Positions 19,580 through 28,580 of a stretch of 64,000 nt of DNA are shown here, in pieces. The DNA is from a plasmid: the sequence record NZ_LR134463.1; one strand, 5' to 3'. The position numbers and the translations under genes were made by a program. Positions within the stretch are counted from its first letter, which is position 1; each line of letters opens with the position of its first letter. Under the pieces are notes generated by a model. The model was not told the origin of the DNA, ran no database searches, and worked only from the letters and a program-made list of their open reading frames with translations.

Positions 19580-19742
19580 ACGCGGATCGTAATCACGGCA
19601 CGGCCGTCCGTGGTTGCGATCGCGAGCTCCTGGTCCGCCCAGTCGCGCCGAGATCCTTGCTTTCGTTCCGCAATTCTTCCTGCGGGAACCGGGATCGGCG
19701 TCCTACCATCGGATTCGTCCGTACCCGACCGAGGCGCTGATC

Positions 19743-20693
19743 ATGTCGACACTCACCGACCTGCAACTGCTGACCGAACTCGAACCCGTGGTGGGCGAGA
19801 ACATCGACCGCCACCTGGGCGTGGCGAAGGACTGGAGTCCCCACGACTACGTGCCGTGGGACGACGGCAGGAACTTCGCCGCGTTGGGCGGCACCGACTG
19901 GGAGCTCGCGCAGTCGCCGCTGTCCGAGGTGGCACGCGTCGCGATGATCACCAACCTGCTCACCGAGGACAACCTCCCGTCCTACCACCGCACCATCGCC
20001 GACAACTTCTCCCTCGACGGCGCCTGGGGTACGTGGGTGGGCCGGTGGACCGCGGAGGAGAACCGGCACAGCATCGCCCTGCGCGACTACCTGCTGGTCA
20101 CGCGCTCCGTCGATCCGGTGAAGCTCGAGCGCGACCGCATGACGCACCTCGAGCTCGGCGTGGAGGCGCCGGACGAGTACGGCGGCGTGCTCGACCAGGT
20201 CGTGTACGTGACCATCCAGGAGCTCGCGACCCGCATCAGTCACCGGCAGACGGCGCGGGTCTGCGACGAGCCGGTCGCCGACGCGCTGCTCAAGCGGATC
20301 GCCACCGACGAGAACCTGCACATGATCTTCTACCGGAACCTGACCGCCGCGGCGCTGGAGATCGCGCCCGACCAGGTGCTGAAGTCGATCGCCAAGGTCA
20401 CCACGAACTTCGTCATGCCGGGCGAGGGCAAGCCCGACTTCCGGCGCAACGGCGTCCTCATGGTCAAGCACGGCATCTACGACCTGCGCCAGCACCTCGA
20501 CGACGTGCTCCGGCCGATCTTCAAGGTCTGGGGCCTGTTCGACCGGAACGACGTATCGGCCGCCGGCGAGCAGTACCGCGATGAGCTCGGGCGTTATCTG
20601 GAGAAGCTGGAGGCGGACGTCGTGCGGTTCGAGGAGAGCCGGGCGCGCGCCGTCGAGCGCGAGCGGGCGCGGGCGGAGCGCAGGTCGGCCTGA
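19743..20693 (+). CDS. Soluble acyl-ACP desaturase (DesA1/DesA2-like di-iron desaturase)
   Basis: Di-iron ligand motifs EENRH and DENLH (WTAEENRHS, ATDENLHMIFYRN) are present, and the product is a ~316-aa four-helix-bundle protein. The ATG at 19743 lies inside a longer ORF. Confidence 0.85.
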   Translation: MSTLTDLQLLTELEPVVGENIDRHLGVAKDWSPHDYVPWDDGRNFAALGGTDWELAQSPLSEVARVAMITNLLTEDNLPSYHRTIADNFSLDGAWGTWVGRWTAEENRHSIALRDYLLVTRSVDPVKLERDRMTHLELGVEAPDEYGGVLDQVVYVTIQELATRISHRQTARVCDEPVADALLKRIATDENLHMIFYRNLTAAALEIAPDQVLKSIAKVTTNFVMPGEGKPDFRRNGVLMVKHGIYDLRQHLDDVLRPIFKVWGLFDRNDVSAAGEQYRDELGRYLEKLEADVVRFEESRARAVERERARAERRSA

Positions 20694-20726
20694 CGACGAC
20701 CGGTCCGACGGTGCGCCGCCTGCCCG

Positions 20727-21428
20727 TCAGCCGGGCGGGCGCAGCGTCGCGAACTCGTCGGTGATCCGCAGGTAGGAGTCGGTGAACCGGTACAGCGCCG
20801 GCGGGCGGCCACGGGTCGCCTGCCCGGTCTCGCCGGTCGCGGTGATCACCGATCGACGGGACAGGATGCGCAGCAGGTTGGTCGAGTCCACCGGGTAGCC
20901 CAGGACGGCGACGTAGATGTCGCGCAGCTGGGAGACGGGGAAGGCGCGCGGGGCGAGAGCGAAACCGATGTTCGAGTAGGAGAGCCGGGCCGCGAGCCGG
21001 GCGCGGGCGCGGTGCACCATCGCGGCGTGGTCGAAGGCCATCGTCGGGAGCGCCTCGACGGGGTGCCACGTCGTGTCGTCGGGCAGGCGCGGATCGGTGC
21101 CGGAGCGGACGAGGCCGAGGAAGGCGGACGCCAGCGTGCGGTCGGCGTCTGCACTCGCGGGAACGCGGTGGGGGTCGGAGAACTCGGCGAACTGCTCGAG
21201 GTGCGCGACTTCCGTCAGGTCGACCTTCTCGGCGAGGAGCCGGCGGGCGCTGGTCGGGAGGTCCTCCCGGGCGTCGAGCAGCCCACCCGGGAGCGACCAT
21301 GCGCCCTGGTCGGGGGCCAGGGCGCGCTGCCACAGCAGCACCTCGACGGTGCCCTCGCTCACGCGGAACACGACGGAAAGGACTTCGTGTGCGACGTGGT
21401 GCGCGGGAGCGGTGCTAGCATCGGCCAT
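20727..21428 (-). CDS. nrtR: Nudix-related transcriptional regulator NrtR (degenerate Nudix domain plus C-terminal winged helix)
   Basis: It has a Nudix-like box (LPGGLLDAREDLPTSARRLLAEKV) and a C-terminal wHTH (SNIGFALAPRAFPVSQLRDIYVAVLG). It is divergent from nadA-nadB-nadC, as in the Rv1593c/nadABC arrangement. I chose the ATG at 21428 (MADAST). Confidence 0.75.
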   Translation of the reverse strand: MADASTAPAHHVAHEVLSVVFRVSEGTVEVLLWQRALAPDQGAWSLPGGLLDAREDLPTSARRLLAEKVDLTEVAHLEQFAEFSDPHRVPASADADRTLASAFLGLVRSGTDPRLPDDTTWHPVEALPTMAFDHAAMVHRARARLAARLSYSNIGFALAPRAFPVSQLRDIYVAVLGYPVDSTNLLRILSRRSVITATGETGQATRGRPPALYRFTDSYLRITDEFATLRPPG

Positions 21429-21430
21429 AT

Positions 21431-21462
21431 ATCGATCATAGGTCGATAAATCATCGGATCGA
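21431..21462. promoter_or_regulatory. Overlapping inverted repeats ATCGA-N7-TCGAT-N10-ATCGA in the 49-bp nrtR/nadA divergent spacer
   Basis: The pattern ATCGAtcataggTCGATaaatcatcggATCGA covers most of the intergenic region between the nrtR start (21428) and the nadA start (21478). This is the expected location for an NrtR operator. Confidence 0.4.
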
Positions 21463-21477
21463 GGAAAGGGAGGCGAG

Positions 21478-22530
21478 ATGACCACAGCCACGTCCGCCAC
21501 CACCGAGTTCAGCTCCCCGCTCTACGACCGGATCGTCGAGGGCGGTGGGATGTACACCGGCGTCGACGGCGACCGCGAGTGGGCGGCCGAGGTCAAGCGC
21601 CTCGCGAAGCTCCGCGACGCCACGATCCTCGCCCACAACTACGAGCTGCCCGCGATCCAGGACGTCGCGGACTTCGTCGGCGACTCGCTCGCCCTCTCCC
21701 GGATCGCGGCCGACGTCTCCACGTCGACGATCGTCTTCTGCGGCGTCCACTTCATGGCCGAGACCGCGAAGATCCTCAGCCCCGAGAAGACCGTGCTCAT
21801 CCCGGACCAGCGGGCCGGCTGCTCCCTGGCCGACTCCATCAAGGCCGTCGAGTTGCAGGAGTGGAAGGACGAGCACCCCGGCGCCGTCGTCGTCTCCTAC
21901 GTGAACACGACCGCCGAGGTGAAGGCCCTCACCGACATCTGCTGCACCTCGAGCAACGCCGTCGAGGTGGTGCAGTCGATCCCCGAGGACACCGAGATCC
22001 TGTTCCTGCCGGACCAGTTCCTCGGTGCGCACGTCAAGCGCGTCACGGGTCGGCAGAACATGCACATCTGGGCGGGCGAGTGCCACGTGCACGCCGGCAT
22101 CAACGGCGACGAGCTCGCCGCGCAGGCCAAGGCCCACCCGGACGCCGACCTGTACGTGCACCCGGAGTGCGGCTGCGCCACCTCCGCCCTGTATCTCGCG
22201 GGCGAGGGGGCCGTCCCGGACGACCGCGTGAAGATCCTCTCCACCGGCGGCATGCTCGACGCGGCCCGCGAGACCGGTGCCACGGAGGTCCTCGTGGCCA
22301 CCGAGGTCGGCATGCTGCACCAGCTGCGGATGGCCGCGCCCGGCGTCGAGTTCCGCGCCGTCAACGACCGCGCCTCCTGCAAATACATGAAGATGATCAC
22401 CCCTGCGGCCCTGCTCCGCTGCCTGGTCGAGGGCAAGGACGAGGTCTTCGTCGACGCCGCGATGGCCGACGCCGGCCGCAAGGCCGTGACGCGGATGATC
22501 GGGATCGGGCAGCCCGGCGGCGGGGAATGA
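21478..22530 (+). CDS. nadA: Quinolinate synthase
   Basis: It carries a [4Fe-4S] NadA pattern ([17 protein letters not shown], three Cys regions CCTSSN / HPEC / AGEC). Confidence 0.95.
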   Translation: MTTATSATTEFSSPLYDRIVEGGGMYTGVDGDREWAAEVKRLAKLRDATILAHNYELPAIQDVADFVGDSLALSRIAADVSTSTIVFCGVHFMAETAKILSPEKTVLIPDQRAGCSLADSIKAVELQEWKDEHPGAVVVSYVNTTAEVKALTDICCTSSNAVEVVQSIPEDTEILFLPDQFLGAHVKRVTGRQNMHIWAGECHVHAGINGDELAAQAKAHPDADLYVHPECGCATSALYLAGEGAVPDDRVKILSTGGMLDAARETGATEVLVATEVGMLHQLRMAAPGVEFRAVNDRASCKYMKMITPAALLRCLVEGKDEVFVDAAMADAGRKAVTRMIGIGQPGGGE

Positions 22531-24017
22531 CCACCACCGCCGTCGCCGACCTGCTGATCGTCGGCGCGGGCGTCGCCGGCCTGACCGCCGCCGTCGCCGC
22601 GGCGGACGCCGGCCTGACGGTCACGGTGCTGTTCAAGCCCTCGACCGGGGGCGCACCGTCGACGTCCACGGCCTACGCGCAGGGCGGAATCGCCGTGGTC
22701 GACCCGTCCGACCCCGAGGACTCGATCGACCGGCACGTCGCGGACACCGTCGGGGCCGGCGGCCCGCTCGTCGACGTCGTGGCGACGCGGTCGATCCTGG
22801 CCGACGGGCCCGCCGCCGTGGACCGCCTGATCAGCTGGGGCGCCGAGTTCGACCGGCGGCCCGACGGCCGCCTGGGGCGCACCCGCGAGGGCGGGCACAC
22901 CGTCTCGCGGATCATCCACGCCGGCGGCGACGCCACCGGCGCCGAGGTGCAGCGAGCCCTCACCGCCGCCGCGAAGACCCGGCCGACCCTCACCGCGCGC
23001 CCGGGCCAGGCCTACGCGCTGCTCGCCGACGGTGACCGCATCGTCGGCGTGCGCACGGCCGAGGGCGATGCCTTCGGCCGCACCGTCCTGCTCGCCACCG
23101 GCGGTGCGGGACACCTGTTCTCCAGCACGACCAATCCGCTGGGCGCCACCGGTGACGGCATGGCCCTGGCGGAGGCGGCGGGCGCCGATGTCCGTGAGCT
23201 CGAGTTCGTCCAGTTCCACCCGACGATGCTCTACACCCCGGGGGCGCGCGGCCGTCGGCCGCTGATCTCCGAGGCGGTGCGCGGCGAGGGCGCGCACCTC
23301 GTCGACGCGAACGGCGACGCCGTCATGGACGGCGTGCACCCGATGGGCGACCTCGCGCCGCGCGACGTGGTCGCCCGCGCCGTGACCGAGGCGATGGAGC
23401 GCACGGGCGCGCCGTGCGTCTACCTCGACGCGACGATGATCCCCGATGTCGCGCACCGTTTCCCGACGGTGACCGAGGCGGTCCGCGCTGCGGGCCTCGA
23501 CCCGCAGACCGACCTCATCCCGGTGGTCCCGGGCGCGCACTACCTGTGCGGCGGCGTGGTCACCGACCTGCACGGCGCGACCGGCGTTCCCGGCCTCTAC
23601 GCCGCGGGCGAGGTGGCACGCACCGGCCTGCACGGCGCGAACCGGCTCGCCTCCAACAGCCTGCTCGAGGCGCTCGTGATGGGGCTGCGGGTAGCGGCCG
23701 CCGCGCGATCCGCGCCTGCACTCGACGACCGAACGTTCTCCACCGGCGCGATCCGGGAGATCGCGCCCCCGCCCGCCCGCGCGCAGCGGGAACCCCTGCA
23801 GGACGCCATGACCCGGTACTGCGGCGTCCGGCGCACCGTCGACGGCCTCACCGGCCTGACCGAACTGCTGGCCGATCCCGGCTTCGTCGCCGACGCGCCC
23901 GCGGTATCTTCCCGGGACCGGGAGGACGCCGTGCTCACCGCGGTGGCCCGACGCATGGCCGGGCAGGCCCTCGCCCGGCAGGAATCCGTGACCGAGGTAC
24001 TGGAGGTACGTCCGTGA
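22527..24017 (+). CDS. nadB: L-aspartate oxidase
   Basis: Its ATG overlaps the nadA stop (ATGA). It has the FAD-binding GxGxxG ([13 protein letters not shown]) and a fumarate reductase/succinate dehydrogenase flavoprotein-like fold ([16 protein letters not shown]). Confidence 0.9.
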   Translation: MTTTAVADLLIVGAGVAGLTAAVAAADAGLTVTVLFKPSTGGAPSTSTAYAQGGIAVVDPSDPEDSIDRHVADTVGAGGPLVDVVATRSILADGPAAVDRLISWGAEFDRRPDGRLGRTREGGHTVSRIIHAGGDATGAEVQRALTAAAKTRPTLTARPGQAYALLADGDRIVGVRTAEGDAFGRTVLLATGGAGHLFSSTTNPLGATGDGMALAEAAGADVRELEFVQFHPTMLYTPGARGRRPLISEAVRGEGAHLVDANGDAVMDGVHPMGDLAPRDVVARAVTEAMERTGAPCVYLDATMIPDVAHRFPTVTEAVRAAGLDPQTDLIPVVPGAHYLCGGVVTDLHGATGVPGLYAAGEVARTGLHGANRLASNSLLEALVMGLRVAAAARSAPALDDRTFSTGAIREIAPPPARAQREPLQDAMTRYCGVRRTVDGLTGLTELLADPGFVADAPAVSSRDREDAVLTAVARRMAGQALARQESVTEVLEVRP

Positions 24018-24877
24018 CCGAGCTGACGCTGGAGCCCGACCGCGCCGAGGTGGTCCGTCTCATCCGGACCGCGCTCGACGAGGATCTCCGCTACGGCCCG
24101 GACGTGACCAGCGAGGCCACCGTGCCCGCCGGTGCCACCACGCTCGCCAAGGTGATCAGCCGCGAGCACGGGGTGCTGGCCGGCATCCCGGTCGCGGAGT
24201 GGGTGCTCGACGAGGTGGTCGGCCCCGGCAACTACCGCGTGCCCGCGAAGATCGCCGACGGCACCGTCATCGCCCCGGGCGATGTTGCCATGGCGATCGA
24301 GGGGCCGACGCTCGCCCTGCTCACGGCCGAGCGCACCCTGCTCAACATCGTCACCCACCTCTCCGGCATCGCGACCGCGACGGCCGCCTGGGTCGCCGAG
24401 GTCGAGGGCACCGGCGCGAAGGTCCGCGACAGCCGCAAGACGCTCCCCGGCATGCGCGCGCTGCAGAAGTACGCCGTGCGCGCGGGCGGGGGAGTGAACC
24501 ACCGGATGGGCCTCGGCGACGAGGCGCTCATCAAGGACAACCACGTCGTCGCCGCCGGCTCCGTGACCGCCGCGATCGAGGCCGTGCGGCGCCGGGCCCC
24601 CGGCGTCCCCCTCGAAGTGGAGGTGGACTCGCTCGACCAGCTCGAGGAGGCCTTCGCGCTCGGCGTCGACCTCGTTCTGCTCGACAACATGCCGCTGTGG
24701 ATGACGCAGTCCGCCGTCCAGCGCCGTAAGAAGCTCGCGCCGCGCACCAAGTTGGAGTCGTCGGGCGGGCTCTCGCTCGACGTCGCGGCGGACTACGCCC
24801 GGACCGGCGTCGACTACCTGGCCGTCGGTGCGCTCACGCACTCGGTGCGGGCTCTCGACCTCGGCCTCGACCTCTGA
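24014..24877 (+). CDS. nadC: Nicotinate-nucleotide (quinolinate) pyrophosphorylase
   Basis: Its GTG overlaps the nadB stop. The type II PRTase pattern is present (DSRKTLPGMR, ALIKDNHV, VLLDNM). Confidence 0.9.
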   Translation: MTELTLEPDRAEVVRLIRTALDEDLRYGPDVTSEATVPAGATTLAKVISREHGVLAGIPVAEWVLDEVVGPGNYRVPAKIADGTVIAPGDVAMAIEGPTLALLTAERTLLNIVTHLSGIATATAAWVAEVEGTGAKVRDSRKTLPGMRALQKYAVRAGGGVNHRMGLGDEALIKDNHVVAAGSVTAAIEAVRRRAPGVPLEVEVDSLDQLEEAFALGVDLVLLDNMPLWMTQSAVQRRKKLAPRTKLESSGGLSLDVAADYARTGVDYLAVGALTHSVRALDLGLDL

Positions 24878-25319
24878 GCCGACCGCGCAGCGCCGTGGCC
24901 GGCGACCAGCGGCGTGCGAGCTCGCCGCCGGCGAGGACCGTCGCCGCGAGCACGACCATGACCGGGTACTGCACGACCAGTTGGTCCGCGGCCCAGTAGA
25001 AGCCCAGCAGCCCGGTCGCGACGAACGCCGTCGCCCGCGGCAGGAGGCCGAGCAGCGCGGCGACGCCGAGGGCGACCTCGGTCAGCGGCACCACGACGCC
25101 GAAGACCGTGGCGAAGCGGCCCATGACCTCGGTGGCGAACCACGCGAACGCACCGGGCACGCGGGGATTGCCGGTCGCGCTCCCGACGACCAGGAGGATG
25201 TCGCTCCGGCCGAAGCCCGCGTGGTACTTGACGTACCCCTCGTGCAGCCAGGCCGCGCCGAGCCCGAGCCGGGCGGCGACCACGGCCACCGTCGCCGCCC
25301 GGGCCGCGGCCGGGGTCAT
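24834..25319 (-). CDS. DoxX-family membrane protein
   Basis: The product is ~160 aa with three or four hydrophobic helices (LGLGAAWLHEGYVKY.., FGVVVPLTEVALGVAALLGLL). It is translationally coupled to the upstream DM13 lipoprotein gene (ATGA), and its 3' end overlaps the nadC terminus in convergent orientation. Confidence 0.6.
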   Translation of the reverse strand: MTPAAARAATVAVVAARLGLGAAWLHEGYVKYHAGFGRSDILLVVGSATGNPRVPGAFAWFATEVMGRFATVFGVVVPLTEVALGVAALLGLLPRATAFVATGLLGFYWAADQLVVQYPVMVVLAATVLAGGELARRWSPATALRGRLRGRGRGREPAPSA

Positions 25320-25792
25320 CGCCCGAGCTGCGCGGCGCCGAACACGGCGAGCGCCTTGTCGCAGTGCACCACCAGGTGGGTGTACTCCGCGGACGAGACG
25401 CCTGCGGGAATCGTGAACCGCTGCGCGGCCTTGTCGTAGGCGATCGCGCCCAGACGGACGCCGCCCTTCACGTCGGCCTCGGTGGTTCCCTTGGCCAGGT
25501 AGAGGTGCAGGTCGGGGCCCTCGTCGGAGGAGAAGCCCGTGAGTTCCACCGCGTCGCCGGTGATCGTCGCGGTGCCGGCGACGTTCTTGCCGTTGAGGCC
25601 GGCGAACATCCCCGTGACGGCGGCGGTCGACGGTGCGGACATGGGCATCGACATGGGCATGGACATCGACATGGAGGCGGCGCCGGTGCTCGTCATGGGC
25701 TCGGCGGCCATGTCCTTCGAACCGCCGCACGCCGTCAGGGCCAAGCCCAGGACGACGGTGGCGACAGCGCCGGTGAGGTGGGAAGCGCGCAT
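25316..25792 (-). CDS. DM13-domain lipoprotein with a Met-rich (MSMP)n tract
   Basis: It has a signal peptide with a lipobox (LALTAC) and a Met-rich repeat (MSMSMPMSMPMS). The C-terminal DM13-like domain is recognisable (GDAVELTGFSSDEGPDLHLYLAKG..YTHLVVHC). Confidence 0.7.
   Translation of the reverse strand: MRASHLTGAVATVVLGLALTACGGSKDMAAEPMTSTGAASMSMSMPMSMPMSAPSTAAVTGMFAGLNGKNVAGTATITGDAVELTGFSSDEGPDLHLYLAKGTTEADVKGGVRLGAIAYDKAAQRFTIPAGVSSAEYTHLVVHCDKALAVFGAAQLGR
25638..25673. repeat. Three copies of a 12-nt coding tandem repeat (gacatgggcatc / gacatgggcatg / gacatcgacatg) encoding MSMP/MSMP/MSAP
   Basis: The repeat is directly visible in the sequence inside the DM13 gene and is a potential slippage-prone tract. 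Confidence 0.6.
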
Positions 25793-25893
25793 GATGGGTA
25801 CTCCTTCTCGATCACGTGGCCGGCGGCTCGGGCGCCGACTCGGGATCGAGTCAATCGCCGGTCGGGGGCCGGGAGAAGGAGAGTGTCAGCGCC

Positions 25894-25920
25894 GTAAGGG
25901 CTCCTTTCAGTTCTGTAAGG
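25894..25920. promoter_or_regulatory. Direct repeat of GTAAGG spaced 21 bp apart (two helical turns) in the DM13/response-regulator divergent region
   Basis: The sequence is ccGTAAGGgctcctttcagttctGTAAGGaacgg. This direct-repeat geometry is typical of OmpR-family response regulator binding sites, and it lies ~40-65 bp upstream of the regulator ATG. Confidence 0.35.
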
Positions 25921-25958
25921 AACGGCGCGTGCGCCGCCGCCCCGCCTAGTCTCGGACC

Positions 25959-26646
25959 CATGCACGAGGGGTCACGGGTGATGGTCGTCGAGGACGATCC
26001 AGCGGTCCGCACGGTCGTCGCCGACCATCTGCGGCTCGCGGGATGTCTCGTCGCGCAGCACCGCGACGGCGCACAGGCGTGGGAGGCCTTCCAGGCCGAC
26101 CGCCCGGACCTGCTGGTGCTCGACCGCATGCTCCCGGGCCTCAGCGGCGACGAGCTGTGCCGGCGGATCCGCGAGGTCTCGGCGGTGCCGATCATCATGC
26201 TCACCGCGCTCGACGGCGTGGACAATCGCATCGACGGCCTCGAGAGCGGCGCCGACGACTACCTCGCGAAGCCCTTCTCCCTCCGCGAGCTCCAACTCCG
26301 CGTCAACGCCCAGCTGCGGCGCAGCGCACCGTCGGAGGCGGAGCTCGTCCTCGAGGCGGGGCCGTTCCGCATCGATGCCGCGCACCGGCGCGTCTGGGTG
26401 TCCGGCCGTGAGACGCCGCTGACCACGCGGGAGTACGAGCTGCTGCTCTACCTCGTGCGCAACCCCGACAGGGTGATCAGCCGCGACGAGATCCTGCGCG
26501 AGGTGTGGCGCTGGGGCTTCGGGGACCCGTCCACGGTGACGGTGCACGTGCGCCGCCTGCGCGAGAAGATCGAGGACGACCCGCGCAATCCCGCGTACCT
26601 GCGCACGGAGTGGGGCGCCGGGTACCGGTTCGGGTGGGGCCGATGA
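25959..26646 (+). CDS. OmpR/PhoB-family response regulator
   Basis: It has a receiver domain (VMVVEDDP, DLLVLDRMLPG, DDYLAKPF) and a C-terminal winged-helix domain (TTREYELLLYLVRNP..VHVRRLREKI). Confidence 0.85.
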
Positions 26647-27782
26647 TGCTCGACGGCGCGGCACTCGCGCAGATCGCGGCGACCGCGCTGGTGGTGACCA
26701 TCCTCGTCACCCTTCTCACGCTGGGGGTCCTCCGGCTGACCCGGCGCTCGAGCATCGGCATCCGGGCGGCGATCGCGATCGCCGGGGCGCTGATCTCCGT
26801 CGTGGCGTCCACGCTCGCGATCGCGGTGCAGATGTACCTGTCGCGGCACGACCTCACGGTACTGCTCTGGGTGATCGGCACGTCCGCGGTGTTCAGCGTG
26901 GTCGCGACCCCCTTCGTCGTCGGCCGCGCCGTCGGCTCGTCGATCGCCGCGCTGCGCACCGCGACCCGCCGGGTCGGTGACGGCGACGTGGTCGAACCCA
27001 CCCGCACCGGCCTCGCCGAACTCGACGCGGTCTCCGCCGAACTCGCCGACACCTCGCGGCGGTTGGAGGAGTCACGGGCGCGCGTGGCCGAACTCGACGC
27101 GGCCCGGCGGCAGTTCTTCGCATGGATCTCGCACGATCTGCGGACGCCGCTCGCCGGGGTGCGCGCTCTCGCCGAGGCGCTCGACGAGGGCACTGCGCCC
27201 GATCGCGCCGCCTACCTCGCCGCGCTCCGCGGCAAGGTAGAGACGCTCAACGCGATGATCGCCGACCTCTTCGAGCTGTCCAAGCTCCAGACCGGTACGT
27301 TGCGCATCCACCCCGAGCCGGTGGTCCTCCTCGATCTGATCAGCGACGCCGTCGCGGACTGCCGGGCGGACGCCGAACGGCGTGGGATCACCATCGCGCA
27401 GGACGGGATCGACGGGCACCTCGTGCTCGTCGATCCGCGGGAGCTGACCCGCGTGATCGGCAACCTGCTCACCAACAGCCTGCGGCACGCGCCCGAGAAC
27501 AGCGAGGTCGTCGTTCGGGCCGACCTGCTCGACGGCCGCCTGGTGCTCAGCGTCATCGATCAGGGGCCCGGCGTCGCCGCCGAGGACCTGGGCCGGATGT
27601 TCGACGTGGGGTGGCGGGCCGACACGGCCCGGTCGGCCGAGGCCGACGGTGCACCGCCGGGCGCGGGCCTGGGCCTCGCGATCGTGCGCGGCATCGTCGA
27701 GGCGCACGGCGGCACCGTCGTCGCGCGCAGCACCGACGCGGGCTTCCGGCTGGACCTGACGCTGCCGGTGGCGGACCGCTGA
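26643..27782 (+). CDS. Sensor histidine kinase (HisKA + HATPase_c) with two transmembrane helices and a very short extracytoplasmic loop
   Basis: The ATG overlaps the response-regulator stop. It has an H-box (FFAWISHDLRTPL), an N-box (IGNLLTNSLRHA), a G1 box (DQGPGV) and a G2 box (GAGLGLAIV). Confidence 0.85.
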   Translation: MMLDGAALAQIAATALVVTILVTLLTLGVLRLTRRSSIGIRAAIAIAGALISVVASTLAIAVQMYLSRHDLTVLLWVIGTSAVFSVVATPFVVGRAVGSSIAALRTATRRVGDGDVVEPTRTGLAELDAVSAELADTSRRLEESRARVAELDAARRQFFAWISHDLRTPLAGVRALAEALDEGTAPDRAAYLAALRGKVETLNAMIADLFELSKLQTGTLRIHPEPVVLLDLISDAVADCRADAERRGITIAQDGIDGHLVLVDPRELTRVIGNLLTNSLRHAPENSEVVVRADLLDGRLVLSVIDQGPGVAAEDLGRMFDVGWRADTARSAEADGAPPGAGLGLAIVRGIVEAHGGTVVARSTDAGFRLDLTLPVADR

Positions 27783-28481
27783 TCAGCTGCCGCTGGCGAG
27801 GCTCACCACCAGGTTGATCGTGGTCGCGAGGATGCCGTTGGCGAAGACGAAGGACAGCAGCGTGTGCCGCAGCGTCTCGGCGCGGACGTCACTCGAGGTG
27901 ATGGCGGTGTCGGAGACGCAGTAGGCGGTCCCGAAGGACAGTGAGATGTAGGCGAAGTCGGTGTAGCGCGGCGGCTGGGTCTGGTTGAAGTCGATGCCGC
28001 CGGGCGGCGGGGTGTCGTAGTAGGTCTGGGCGTAGCGCAGCGTGAACAGCAGGTGCATCATCAGCCAGGACAGGATGGTCGTGCTCAACGCGAGGCCGCC
28101 CAGTGCGAGCCGTCCGTTCGGCGTCGCCGTATGAGCGTCCGCCATGACGATCGCCACGGCGACGAGGCTCGCCAATGCGCACGTCATGGTCAGGAAGTTA
28201 CCGAGGCGGCGCTGCGGATCCTCCTCCGTGGAGTGCGCCGCGGTGGTCTCGGCGTCCATCGGCGAGATGGTGAGCCATACCCAGACCACGTAGATGCCCG
28301 CCGCGGCCGCCCACCCGGCGGCGGGCGCGTGCCGCCACGAGTCGAGCAGGCCCACGGCCACCGCGACGCCGCCGCCCACCAGGACCATGACGGTCGCGCG
28401 GACCCGGGCAACGGCGGCCCGTCGCCTCGCCACGGCCGGCCGGCTGTTCTCCGAACCGGTTGCAGTCGCATCGTTGGACAT
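27783..28481 (-). CDS. DUF1345-family membrane protein
   Basis: The 233-aa product has several hydrophobic helices (GIYVVWVWLTISPMD, ILSWLMMHLLFTLRYAQTYY), and its ATG is at 28481. Confidence 0.55.
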   Translation of the reverse strand: MSNDATATGSENSRPAVARRRAAVARVRATVMVLVGGGVAVAVGLLDSWRHAPAAGWAAAAGIYVVWVWLTISPMDAETTAAHSTEEDPQRRLGNFLTMTCALASLVAVAIVMADAHTATPNGRLALGGLALSTTILSWLMMHLLFTLRYAQTYYDTPPPGGIDFNQTQPPRYTDFAYISLSFGTAYCVSDTAITSSDVRAETLRHTLLSFVFANGILATTINLVVSLASGS

Positions 28482-28580
28482 GGGGCGATCTAAGCACCCG
28501 ATCGCGACTTCCGTAGCCCGCGCGGAGAATCCGGCGAGCGCCCCGGGGTCGCGCGGCGGCGCGTGCGGACGGGGCGCACA

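Noticed and set aside
25638-25673. A short tandem repeat array, considered as a possible CRISPR or VNTR locus.
   Set aside because: It has only three 12-nt units and lies inside a coding region where it encodes a Met-rich peptide tract. It has no spacer/repeat architecture. No CRISPR array exists anywhere in the window.
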